Positions 52,131 to 64,000 of a stretch of 64,000 nt of DNA are shown piece by piece. The first letter of the stretch is position 1. The number at the start of each line of letters is the position of its first letter. The notes under the pieces are model-generated. The model did no database searches. It had not been told where the DNA came from and was given only the letters and a program-made list of their open reading frames with translations. The stretch covers positions 88,476,001 to 88,540,000 of the forward strand of contig NW_024704743.1 of NCBI RefSeq assembly GCF_018977255.1, in the 5' to 3' direction. The position numbers and the translations under genes were made by a program. Source of the DNA: Callorhinchus milii (lineage: Eukaryota).

Positions 52131-54519
52131 AAATAAAACTTATGCCTCTTAACTCCATTGTGTCACTTCTAGAACATGTTCCGACATACCTGAGGAACGG
52201 CAACACCTTTTCAGTTTAGCTTCAGCCCTTTTTCATAATGGAGAAAGGCATCTCAGTATGGACAGATATACTGTTTGGCTGGTTTGACTCCCAAAGGGTC
52301 TATGGCCACTGCATTATAAATTGTCTGCAGAGACAAACAGGTGACCTAAAGCTGTTGGTTTGTGAGTCAGTCTGTTCACTGTTCAGTACAATGACTCAGC
52401 ATGTGCGTGTAAATTAGATGATGGTCAGTTGCATACGTAGTACTTTGGATATAAATTGCACTGGGTGTTGTTGATCCTGTAACCTCAAAGACACTATCTT
52501 CAGATATGTACAGCATTTATGATGGCTCGGCATCACTATTAAGCGCTTCGAGACTTCAATAGTCAGTTCCTTCAGCCGGGGTTCTGCCACCACCAGTGCC
52601 ATGTTTTGCACAGGAGAGGCCTGGATTATATCAATTGTTGTTTAAACTATCTTTCAGAGAGGCAGCACAGTCACGATGGCCTGAATAACCTGTGCTGTGA
52701 ATTTCTTTAGAATATGAGTTGCTTTCTTTAGGTTGAACAACTGCATTGATTGTGGTGTTCCACAACACCATTACAGTAAAATTATGAAACCAGGAATTAA
52801 TATATGTGTATTAAATATGCAAAATTGCACTTAGTACTGAGGCTGAGTACTTGGCATTTTATTCTCCTTGGTGTTATAGTAGGCCTCCAACCTTTAGGAA
52901 TAGCTTGGGGGTAAAAATATCATTTGGAACATTATTTGCGAACAGAATTTGGTGTTGACGGCAGGTTTTCCCCCTTTTGCACAGCTGGGTGTCAGTTTAA
53001 ATACAGGCTGCAGGCTAGTGCTGGGGTGATTTTCCTATCAAGCAAATATAAAATCATTATGTTTTTGCTGTCACAAACGTACCAGCAAACTCAACTGAGA
53101 ATAGTGCACAGACGATCTGGTATTATTGGGTCAGTGTGAATCAGCACAAAACTGGCTCGAACAGACAATTAATCCCCTAGTGTCATAGACAGCAGGTCAA
53201 ATTTGACATCTTTCACTTGACTGGTTTGCTATTGTAAGGGACAGGTACAGTTGTTACTCTGTAGTAGAAGGCTATTATGTCCTCAGGCAAAATCATCCAC
53301 AAATAAAATGTGGAATAACATTTCCTGCTGTGTTTTGTAATTAGAGTACCTCAATCACCTTTCCTTACATTGAATAATCTCTTGAATTAGAAGATGACAC
53401 CTTTGTTTTTTGGAATTGTCAGATTTTTAATAACTTAATGGAGATAGTGAAATAATATTTAATGTAATATGTTTATGTTAGTGTATCCATCCTTCGGATG
53501 AGGCATTAAACCGAGGCCTCATTAAAGATCCCATGGCACTATTTGGAAAGAGAAGGGAGTTTCTCCGGGTTCCTGGCCAGTAATCCCACAGACCAAATTT
53601 GTCATTCAATGGCTATTTATGGTAACATTGGCTGCCGCATTTACCTATAACATAAACATATCACATACAGTCACTCCACTTTACAGTATATCCTGTGAAG
53701 CACTTTGAGCTGTCTCAATGACGTGATAAGGCATTATATCCAATACAAGGATTATTGTATTACTGTAGTGTAAAGGACCAAGTAAAACTGCATTGAATTG
53801 TCAGACAAGCGGCCCACTACTTGTCCAACTAGGTTTAACTGGTCAAGGGTTTGCAATCCTGAAGATCAGGATTTCCTCAGACATTAAATTGGCAATGTGT
53901 AAACAAGTATTCTGGACATGCTGTTTGTGTTTCTTATTTGGGACAAAACATGTTTGATTTTATTTTTGAGTAGTTTTGCTTCACTTTTCATTGGTGAAAA
54001 TAAAAGGAATAACATTTGAGGTCTGTGCGTATGAATTGCACAGTGAGGACTGAAGTAACTTATTTTTGAAATGAAACATCACAAATTCTTTTGTTGATAC
54101 GGTCAGAGGTAGGTAGTCAACCTGGTAGGTATCTACAACCTGGTAGCAAAGCTGATTCGGACAATCCTTAACAAATCACAAGATCACATCAGAGGTTTGG
54201 ATGAAGATGGATGTCGTTTTGGCCTATTTGATCTTATCCTTCCAGAATACCCATCCTACTATCTCCCATCATAGCATCAAGATATTTGAAAATGAATCCT
54301 GACCTCACTGTCGCCCTTTTCTAGAAATTAATTACCATCTGAGTAAAGAAATACTTCCTGGTGCCTGAAATTCCTCCTTATAACTTGAAACCTGTGTCCT
54401 CTTGTCTGGCTGTCCAACAATTTTGTTTACTTTTTCAATCCCATTTAAATGCTATTATACCTATTTAACATAAAAAGGTTGTTTCCACTGGTTGGGGAGT
54501 CCATAACCACAGAACAGAA

Positions 54520-54760
54520 AGACAGTGTCCACAAAGTCCTGTAACCCCCCTTTTGCAAAACAGTGCCTTGGGCCGTCCTCCCGATATGAACGGTGCTATA
54601 CAAATATAATCTTGTTGTTTGCAAAACAGTGATATGAAACTACAGAGGAGCTGAAACAAGCTGTTAGAGATGCATTTCACCTTGTCACTCCATCCACGTT
54701 ACAGAAAATGTCGCACTGAACATGGCAATAGATCGTTGTCTGCCATGAAAATTATGATGT
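54520..54760 (+). mobile_element. Tc1/mariner relic (possible TIR at about 54523 and transposase C-terminus) interrupted by an L2 tail
   Basis: YETTEELKQAVRDAFHLVTPSTLQKMSH*TWQ*IVVCHEN resembles a DDD transposase C-terminus. Confidence 0.6.
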
Positions 54761-57454
54761 TTCTGGATATCTAAATACAGTTAAGCACTTGTACTGAATA
54801 CAGTTAAGTACTTCTAAATACAATTATTATCATTCTTCCATGTGTTTCAGTTGACGGTCAGTGCACTGTGGGAGTTGTTTTAATTGTTTTGAAATCACTT
54901 ATCTCTTCATCTTAATGGGACACATTATTATTGATGCATGCAAAGAATATTTGTGGATATTGTTTGACTTTATTAATGCCTGTTCGGTTATATCTCTGGA
55001 CATTGAATTCAGATCAATATCTATTGTGATCTGATTCCATTCCGTATCCTTTGAACATATTCCTTTTAGAGACAAAAACAGATATATTTGTTTCACTGTA
55101 GAACAATTTTAATAAACCAATCAACACTAAAGATAAAAAATGAGTATACATGTGGAAGAAATCAAATATATTTGATTTCTTGTGGCTTACATATTTTATT
55201 CGTATGAGAAGTAATTATTTATTTTCAATTACAGAATAGAACACACTGGTTTTAAAGTGCTTTCCACAGATACAATTAAATCAACTATCAATACATTAGT
55301 TCCCATTGTGTTTGATAAAGCTGAATATGTCTAAAACTGCTATGATTCATAATTTATACCACACAAGCACCCGCTCAAGCTGCTTTTCAATGGGGTTAGC
55401 TTAGAAAAAAAATCAAGTTTGAGTTAATTGTATGATACCCTGATCATTTTAGTTTAAAATACCTTGAATACTTGAAATTCCTCGAACACTATTTAAAATA
55501 ATTTGCATCTAAAATATGATTTAATATTTTTCCTCTATCAATATTGAACTAAAGGATTAGATGCTGTCAGGTAGCAGCCAGCTGTGGTCTGAGTTGGTAA
55601 CCTGATGACTTGATCTTAGCGTAAATGTGTTCTCTATTTAACAATTCATTGACAAACCACTAACTTTTTTAAAAAAGAATATTGAAGATACAATAAACAA
55701 TAGTAACCAAACCACTGAAATATATCACAGAAACAAGAACTGAACAAAACTAAACAAACAGAAAGCTAACAGTAGCAGCAATATCAATTACATTGATACA
55801 ACAAAAATGCAGTGTTTTAAAGTTACCAATAATATTCAGTTGTAATTGTCTGATCGAGGGGCTACAGTCTAATCACCATAGCAGACAGCGAGACATCATG
55901 GCCCTCATTCTCAGCAACAGCCTGAGAGGGTTAGGTGGCGGATATATTTTTGGGAGACAAACCCAGCTCAGCAATTTGAGCCTGGTATCTGCTTTTATCC
56001 TTGTACCCAGATTAGTCCCTCCGTGCCCTCCCCTTCCTACCCTGTAAATCCATCGCATAATCAGATCACAATATAGTCCCAATTGTGCACAAATAGAAAG
56101 GTACAACTTAATCCCCCCCCACCTCACTAATCCATCTCCCATTATTAAAGGTGTTACTTGCCTCTAACATGGACGTAGTGAAGTCAGTAACAAGGGAAGC
56201 TGCCCTTTACTTGTGGACTATTATTTCCAACCAAGTCCGTAAATATAGGTGAGGGTAATGCTCTGTCTTTGACAGAGTGTAAAAAAAAGCACAGTTGTGT
56301 GGTACAAGTTGGTGATACAAACAATACACACTTTTAAATATGAGCATTGCTACTTATGAATTATATATTGCTGTATGGTCAACAGTTTATTTACTATAAC
56401 ACATTAATTCCTGCCATATATTCATTATCATGTTGATTATACCTAGTATTTCTGAATGGATCACTTTTACGTGGTTGATTAGTTCCTAGCATTCCAATAC
56501 AAGATCTGCCAGTTCAATACATGTTTTACGTAAAACTAGACATTGCACAAATTCTCTGCGACAGCTGAGCACAATTTTTCAGTTATTATTCAGAACCCAC
56601 CAAGAGGCTGTGGAAAAAACAGAAAATATTTAGTCAGTTAGTGAAGGATTGGCAAATAATCCTCAAAATAAAATTGATCATTCTCTTCATGTTTCTTTGT
56701 GTGCAAATGAACTGCCACGCTCACCAACAAAATACATGGTCACTCGTGAAAGGTGCTATAAGAAATATAAGGATTATGATTATTATTTTATAGTGAAAGG
56801 ATGAGGCATTTGAATTTGAAAAGATTGTCCAAAATCTAATAATCTGGTCAAACACACTCGATGGTCTGCATGGCACCCTCGCGTTTTCTATGTTCCTAAT
56901 TTTTATTTTAACTTCTCTAGACGACATTAATTCCCTCAACCTGCTCCATCTGTTGCAATATAGTTCTAGAATCTGGAAAGCTCTGTATTGCCCTAGTAAA
57001 TACCAACAACAACAACTTACATTTATATTGTGCCTTTCATGTGGGGTAGCGTCTCAGAGCACTTGAAACATCCTTTGTACTCTGTCCATGATCTGCTCGT
57101 TCCCTTCCCTTAAATCTTACCTCTTTATTTGTGATTTTGATCATCTTTCCCCTCCTCTCTCCTCTCAGCTCTGGTGCCCAGCCAGAATTGTTCTCCCAGC
57201 ATGAAAGCTGCTTTATAAGTATAAACTATTATAACTTTCCTAAAGTAGGGGGCCCAGAATTGTTCATTATACTCCATCTGTGAGCTAACCAATGATTTCT
57301 ACAAGTTTAACATTACCTGCTTGCTTTTGTATTCTATGGCCATATTTTTAAATCATGGGATCCCATTAGGTTTTTTCATAGCTTTGTAAATGCATCTTCC
57401 AATGTTTGAAAATTTGGGTATGTTAAACACCACATTTCTCTGTTTTTCTACTCA

Positions 57455-58680
57455 ACAACAACAACAACAAGATTCCATTTATAGAGCGCCTTTCACGTCG
57501 GGAGGACGTCCCAAGGCGCTGTACAGTTGGGTCAGGACCCAAGCAGGGGGGAAATGGTCAGGGTGAGGGGAGGAAAGGGAGGGAGCCAGGAGGGGGTAGA
57601 GAGTCGAGAGGGGAGCTGAAGGCACGGTCAAAGAGAAAGGTCTTGAGACCGGCCTTGAAGGAGGAAAGGGAGGAAGCGGTGAAGGCACTGGGGGATGGAG
57701 TTCCAGAGCCTAGGGGCTGAGAGGCTGAAGACCCGACCACCGATGGTAGGGCGGTTGGGGTGGGGGATGTGGAGCAGACCGGAGCCAGAGGAACGGAGGG
57801 TACGGGCGGGTAGGTAGGGGGATAGTAGGTCAGAGAGGTAGGAGGGAGCAAGGTTGTGAATGGCCTTGTAGGTGAGGATGAGGATCTTGAATTCGATCCT
57901 CTGGGGGATGGGGAGCCAGTGGAGGCGAGCGAGGGTGGGAGTGATGTGATCCCGAAGCCTGGTGCGGGACAGTACACGAGCTGCAGAGTTCTGAATGACC
58001 TGCAGCTTTTGGAGGGAGGTGGCGGGAAGGCCGGCGAGGAGAGAGTTCCCATAGTCCAGCCTTGAGGTGATAAAGACGTGGACCAGAGTTTCAGCAGCGT
58101 GAGGGGTGAGGTAGTGCCGTAGTCTGGCGATGTTCCGGAGGTGATGGAAGGCGGTGTCAGTTATGGCGCGGATATGAGGGAGAAAGGACAGCTCAGGGTC
58201 GAACAGAACACCGAGGTTCCTGACTGACTTTGAGAGGTGGAGAGTGCAGCCTTGGATGCTGATGCTGTCTGCGCCAGAGGTGCGGAGACGCTGACGTGAG
58301 CCAATCAGGAGGGCCTCAGTTTTACGCACATTGAGCTGAAGAAAGTTGTCTCTCGTCCAGTACTCGATGTCGGACAGGCAGACTGTTAGAACATCGGTGG
58401 TCGTGGAGTTGAGGATAGAGGAGGAAAGATAGAGTTGGGTGTCATCCGCATACATGTGGAAGTTAACCCCATGTCTGCGGATGATGTCACCGAGGGGGAG
58501 CATATAGAGGGTGAAGAGGAGGGGACCGAGGACAGAGCCCTGAGGGACACCGCACAAGACAGTGCGGGGGCTGGAAGAAAAGCCGTTCGTGGAAACAAAG
58601 TGAAGACGGTGGGAGAGGTACGACCTAAACCACTCAAGGACAGGGCCTTGAAGGTTGAGGTGGACCTTGATGGTTGAGCC
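57455..58680 (-). mobile_element. Young 5'-truncated L2-clade LINE with a 309-codon RT C-terminal ORF (58557-57628) and (TTG)n tail
   Basis: [36 protein letters not shown]; CpG-rich, implying a recent insertion. Confidence 0.95.
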
Positions 58681-59351
58681 TTGAAAGTTTCACCCTTCAA
58701 TGTATAATTTATTACATTATTCTTCTTACCAAAATATATCACATCAAAATGTTTCAAAGTGCTTGAGCTAGTGAGTTCCATTGAAGTGTAGTGACCATTT
58801 TTGCACGTGATGCAACTAAGATGCATCAGTCATGTTTAACTTAATCTGTCACATAGTTTGTGCAGAGTAAAATCCTTGACTTTTGTAATCATTTCTGTGG
58901 TTATATTACAAACAAAAAGTTGCTTTTTTACTATTATGTGAAATCTGATGACTTGCCCAAGGAACACCTTAGTCTACTTGTTTTTTCTTCAACAAACGAC
59001 AAGGTGAGCTAGAGGCACAACCAGGTTCTGAGTGTTTAAATTGAATGTCAAGGTATTTTTCTTCAGTCATTCTGTCATTTGAGAGAACCAAGCAATTCTA
59101 AGAGATGTATCAGGTTATATCAGTTCAGATGTGTGATTTAACTAATTTCGTGCTCCTTTGAATGCAACTTGTTTGCTGTTTCTTATTACAGAAATAAGTA
59201 GTTCTATGATTTGGAATGCAGTTTCTCTAGAAAATCTGGACTACCCAGGACTTGATCAGATTTTCATAAGGTCAAACGAATTATTAGACCTAGATTCAGA
59301 TAACATTGAGATCAGGCAAAATATCAACGGTGGTGCAGTTTTTTAAAAGTA

Positions 59352-59711
59352 TAGTAATAATCATTGCATTTGATATAGCGCCTTATCATGTCTTCGAGAC
59401 CTTTCAAAGCGCTTCACAAAATATACTGTAAAGTGAATTGACTGTATATAGTGGGTGAAACGCGGCAGACAGTTGCACACAGCAGTGTCCCAAAAAGTCG
59501 TGGATTGAGTGACCACATTATTATTATTTTTGAAGGGATTGTTGCCCCCAGAAAGCGATCCACCAATCGACTAACAAGTGGGTTCCTACTTACTGCTAGG
59601 TAAACGGCTGTGGAGTAAGGAAACTTGCCCAACGTTTCACCCTGCTGGGAATCAAACCCAGTCCTCTCGCTTGTGAGACGAGTTCGCTAATCACTGAGCT
59701 ACAGGACTCCA
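59352..59711 (-). mobile_element. tRNA/CORE-like SINE, full length
   Basis: Tail to head (ctgagctacaggactcc). Confidence 0.9.
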
Positions 59712-59929
59712 ATGGTCTTAATGTAAAGTGTAGTGACTGTATTTCTAAGATACATGGCAGCTAATTTCAGTACAGCAAAGATAATAAACAGCTTTAAAAT
59801 GAATGACTAATTGGGAGATTATTAGTCAAAAGAAACTCCCTTCTCATTTGAATAGTGACATTGACATCATTATCAGGTTTAACATCTCATCTGACATATG
59901 GTACCTCTGACAATGCAATGGTCCCCCAA

Positions 59930-60495
59930 TATAATACAACTTATATTTATATAGTACCTTTCATGTTGGGAGAACACCTCAAAGCACATTACACCGTTGG
60001 CTGGGCACCCAAACGACAGAGTAGTTGTTAAAAGAGAGTGGGGAGGGGAAAGATGACTAAATGTGTGGACAAAGGGGTAAGTCTTGTGATGGGCTTTGAA
60101 TGTGGAGAGGGAGCAAATGAGTTTGAGAGGCTCCAAGATGGAGTTCCAGAGAGCAGGGGCAGAATATGTGAACACTTGCCTGTCAATAGTGGGCGGTTAG
60201 GTAAGGGACATGAACCAGGCCAATGTTTGCTAAGCAAAGGAAGCAGTGAGTTGCTAAGTGTTGAAGGAGGTCATAAAGGTAGGATGGAGCAAGGCCGTGG
60301 AGGGATTTGAAGGTGAGAACAAAGATTCACTCTGGAGAATGGGGAGCCAATGGAGCTGGGTGAAGATGGGGTAAATTGCTCACAGAGCCTGGTGTGGAAG
60401 AGGACGTGGGCTGCAGCGTTCTGGATAGTCTGCAGGTTGTGTAGGGATGAACTGGTTAGGGTGGCGAGCAGGGCGTTGGCATGTCAAGCCTGGAT
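59930..60495 (-). mobile_element. L2-clade 3' fragment
   Basis: APALWNSI, FKAHHKTY, IQNAAAH. Confidence 0.8.
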
Positions 60496-63182
60496 ATTGT
60501 ATAATAACTCAATTATGAAACTGAGATTTTAAATTATACGTTTTAGTCAATCAAAAAAGGTTCAGAAATTTGTCCCTGCTTACTGAGCAATTTGTAAAAT
60601 GTGCCAAATGGAGGAGTTTAGCACTTTACCCATGTCGACTGCTACTACATCTATATACAGAGCAGAAGAGCTCTCAGAAGGTGCTTTTCTATGGGAAAGC
60701 AGAAAGGCTAAACAATGCACAAAGCCTTATTGTCACCTATAATTGTTTCATTTGCTGCTTCATGCCATAGCATAGCAACATTCATTTTTGTTTGTTTATT
60801 TTCAACACCATTCACAAAAGCTGAACAAATGAATGTTTACACATGAAAGAAAATAAATATAAATCCCATTGATAATGAACTATATAAGATTTTACAACTG
60901 CCAACTTACCGGGAACAAGCATTGTTGTCATTAGTTCTGGTGTCTCCAAGAAATCTACGTTGCTCCTTTGAAAGGTCTTGCTATAATTTGTCTGAAGATG
61001 GCTGTTTGTATTAATATACCATTCAGAAAAATATTAATAAACATTTATCCTACACTTCTAATTTCTGAAACATAAATTCCATTAATCAGCAAGAAGGCCA
61101 GAATAACCCCCCAAAAATGGATTTGTTACATCAACATTTGTGACATTTCAAAAATGTCAACTAAATGTCCTTTATATAAACTACTGGATTTCAAAGAAGG
61201 GAGAAATATACAATTTTTTCCTGTATTTTAAAATTTAATTTAAACAAAATATTTCCTACTCTGAGATATATTAGCTTACATTTGTTCCCTGGATTTGGGG
61301 ACTCCACTTGCCCCAACAATTTACATTATGGAAAGCATTTGAAGCATCAATTCTTATGAGAAGTATTGATTTGAATCAGCCTGTTTTTATCCATCTAAAA
61401 GTACTAATTTCAGAAACAATTTAGATTTTTGAAAACAAGGGAACAAACAAAGGAAGCACATGGGAACTGGTTTGATTTTATGGGTTTTATAAATTAATAA
61501 TAAAGTATTAAATTATCAAAGATTGTAATGTCTCAATGGATAATGGCTGATAACGTTTTATGTAACTAATTCTTACTATACCTTTACTACACAAAATATA
61601 GAGAATGAAACAAAGGGCCTCAACCATTCATGTGAAAATACTTCCTTACACTTTATTCTTTTTAAAGATACACTGTAAAAGTACCAAATTTCAAAACATA
61701 TCATGAGATAAAAGCCTCAGATGGTACCTTCTAGAGATGTATGAAATGGTAAATTGGGTTGAAAAATAAAACCAGAATACTTTAGGTTGACCAAGTCAGT
61801 GGAAAATTAGGAGATAGGTTTAGGGTTGCAAAAGGCATTTTCAGGACAGATACCAGGGAGTTTTTATTTATCCAAAGATAATTAATGAAGGGACCAGAAT
61901 ACCAAGATGGGTGGTTGAGGACTGGCCACTGCATTCAGTTTAAAAAAAAGTGATACTGGCTGTGATGGAAAGATGGTAGGGTGAGTATTCTGGAAGGATG
62001 AGATTAAATGGCCCAAAGGACCTTCTTCATCCAAACCAATCTTGTGATCATAAGGTGGCTGAAGTTATGTATCGTATTAATATGATTTTCACTGATTAAA
62101 CTTGGCCACTAATTTTAGTGAGTTGCTTACTATTATGCACCTCAATTGATAGACCTGTTCTAAACTTGTGATCAAGATAAAGTTTTATTTAAATTAGAAT
62201 CATTTTATATGGATAAACACAATGAAGCACATTGTAAAGCAAAATTATCTCAATATAATTATATTTTCACACAATACTCAAAACAATTATAGGGCTTTAT
62301 GCTGAGGTTTTCTTTAAGATGTCCATGTTGAAAATCTGCCATAACCTGTTGTTTGGTTGTCAATATTATTTAATTAACCGAAGAGACTTGTTGAAATTAG
62401 TACTTTGAATGGATCCTATTGTATTTAAAATATATCTTTCATTTACTTTTTAAATCTGATTTAGAATTAATACCATAAATGTGGTATGTGTATCAGTGTT
62501 TTATTTGCAGTGAATTATTTTCTGAAAAATGCACCTAAAGTAATGTATCATTGCAGAAGAAGCAGTTATCTATGTACCCAAGTACAGCAGGCTTTTAAAC
62601 ACTCACCTCTCACACAAATAGATTTTAACAGCGACAATTATTTAATCTGTGTTGCAATAACCATTTCTTGAAGATTACTCTTATAATAAAGTAATAATAT
62701 AAAAATATATTATTGCAGCAAGGTTCACATCAGCAACTCTGAACTCCATTTTTTCAATACCAATAGAATAACATTCTGCTGTCTTAATCTTTTATAGAGA
62801 TAATTTAGCTGAAGACATAAAATCAATCAACAAGATGTACAGTAGGCATTAATGATTCACAGAGTTGGACTTGCATTATTCACTTTTCCTAGCCAGAGTT
62901 ATGCACCTAATATCAACTGATTGGTTTATTTTAAAGTGAACTATCAAGTTCTATTTTACAATCCTGTACATTTTAAACACAATTTTCCAATCACTTACTT
63001 TTTCCAGAGATTGCTGTTTTCCCAAAATTCATACAGTATAAAACGGGGTTCATTTGAAAGCTTCTGCACTGAAATGCTATAAAAATGAAATGAGTCATTC
63101 ACAAAAAATTAACATTTTATAGAATAATAACTAGAACTAAATTAACGAGAATGAACTACAACAGTATAAATTTATAAAATCT

Positions 63183-63782
63183 ATTACAACAACAAAATTA
63201 CATTCGTATAGCACCTTTCACATCAGGAGGACGTCCCAAGATGCTGCACAGACAGAGTTGTGGATCCAAGCTGGGGGTCGGAGAGGGTGGAGGGCAGTGG
63301 GGGAAGCAGGGAGATCGAAAGCACAGTCAAATAGGAGGGTCTTGAGATGTGTCTTGAAGGTGGCAAGGGAGAGGATGAGGCGGAGGGACTGTGGAATGGA
63401 GTTCCAGAGGGTGGGGGCAGAGTAGCAGAAGGCCCGCCTGCCAATAATGGGGCGAGCGAAGCAGGGGGACGTGAAGCAAGCTGGAGCCCGCTGAGTGGAG
63501 GGAGCGAGCAGGATTGTAGGGGGTTAGGAGGACGCAGAAGTAGGGGGAGCAAGATCATAGAGGGCTTTGAAGGTGAGGACCAGGGTATTGAACTGTATCC
63601 TCTGTGTGATGGGAAGCCAGTGGAGTTGGGCAAGGATGGGGGTGATAGGGTCACGGAGCCCAGTGCAGGAGAGGACATGGGCTGCAGAGTTCTGCATGAT
63701 CTGCAGCCTGGGGAGGGAGGAGTTGGGGAGGCCGACAAGCAGTGAGTTTGCATACTCGAGCCTCGTTGTAATGAAAGCATAT
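63183..63782 (-). mobile_element. L2-clade 3' fragment
   Basis: AFITTRLEYANSLLVGLP, LAQLHWLPI. Confidence 0.9.
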
Positions 63783-64000
63783 AACAGAACATGTAGGAGC
63801 AGGAGTAGGCCATTCGGCCCTTTGAGCCTGCCCCGCCATTCAATCATGGCTGATCTTCTAATCTAACTCCAGCTAATAACCTAACCCTGCCTTATCCCCA
63901 TATCCCTTAATCCCTTTTGCAATAAGAAATCTATCTATCTACCTCAGTCTTGAATATGTTCAAGGACTGAACGTCAACAGCCCTTTGGGGTAGTGAGTTC
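63783..64000 (-). mobile_element. CR1 3' end, runs off the window
   Basis: gagcaggagtaggccattcggcc, nearly identical to 41650-41840. Confidence 0.9.

Noticed and set aside
55860..56160. Possible L1-type ORF2 relic on the minus strand
   Set aside because: Only vague GG/W spacing; too degenerate to call
54850..63180. Possible 3' UTR of a convergent neighbour (NECAB1 expected from recalled human synteny), with minus-strand AATAAA near 55220 and 60795
   Set aside because: No NECAB1 coding exon found in the window; AT-rich composition alone is insufficient

Overview
Eukaryotic, repeat-rich vertebrate genomic DNA. The SINE/LINE content suggests a cartilaginous fish, possibly a chimaera (inference). 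Two spliced genes can be read directly. (1) The last five coding exons and 3' UTR of PIP4P2/TMEM55A lie on + (4864-15398), with canonical splice sites and an intact CX5R motif. (2) A C8orf88-like small eIF4E-binding-motif gene has its downstream coding exons on + (33720-47408), but its ATG exon lies on the opposite strand (25620-25539). This implies a local inversion or mis-assembly near a 25-N gap at 27530-27554. The most unusual small-scale feature is an ~80-bp antisense copy of a PIP4P2 splice acceptor plus exon start, inserted in a SINE in the next intron (9151-9231); it could pair with the exon as an editing- or splicing-regulatory element. The remainder is tRNA-derived SINEs (CORE-like and Deu-like), L2- and CR1-clade LINEs (one ~4-kb CR1 nested in a Tx1/L1 relic), a Gypsy RT relic, Tc1/mariner MITEs and a transposase relic, Helitron-like 5' ends and a minisatellite. 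Almost all ORFs in the supplied track are repeat-derived or spurious. Repeat boundaries are approximate, and family names come from recalled motifs, not database searches.
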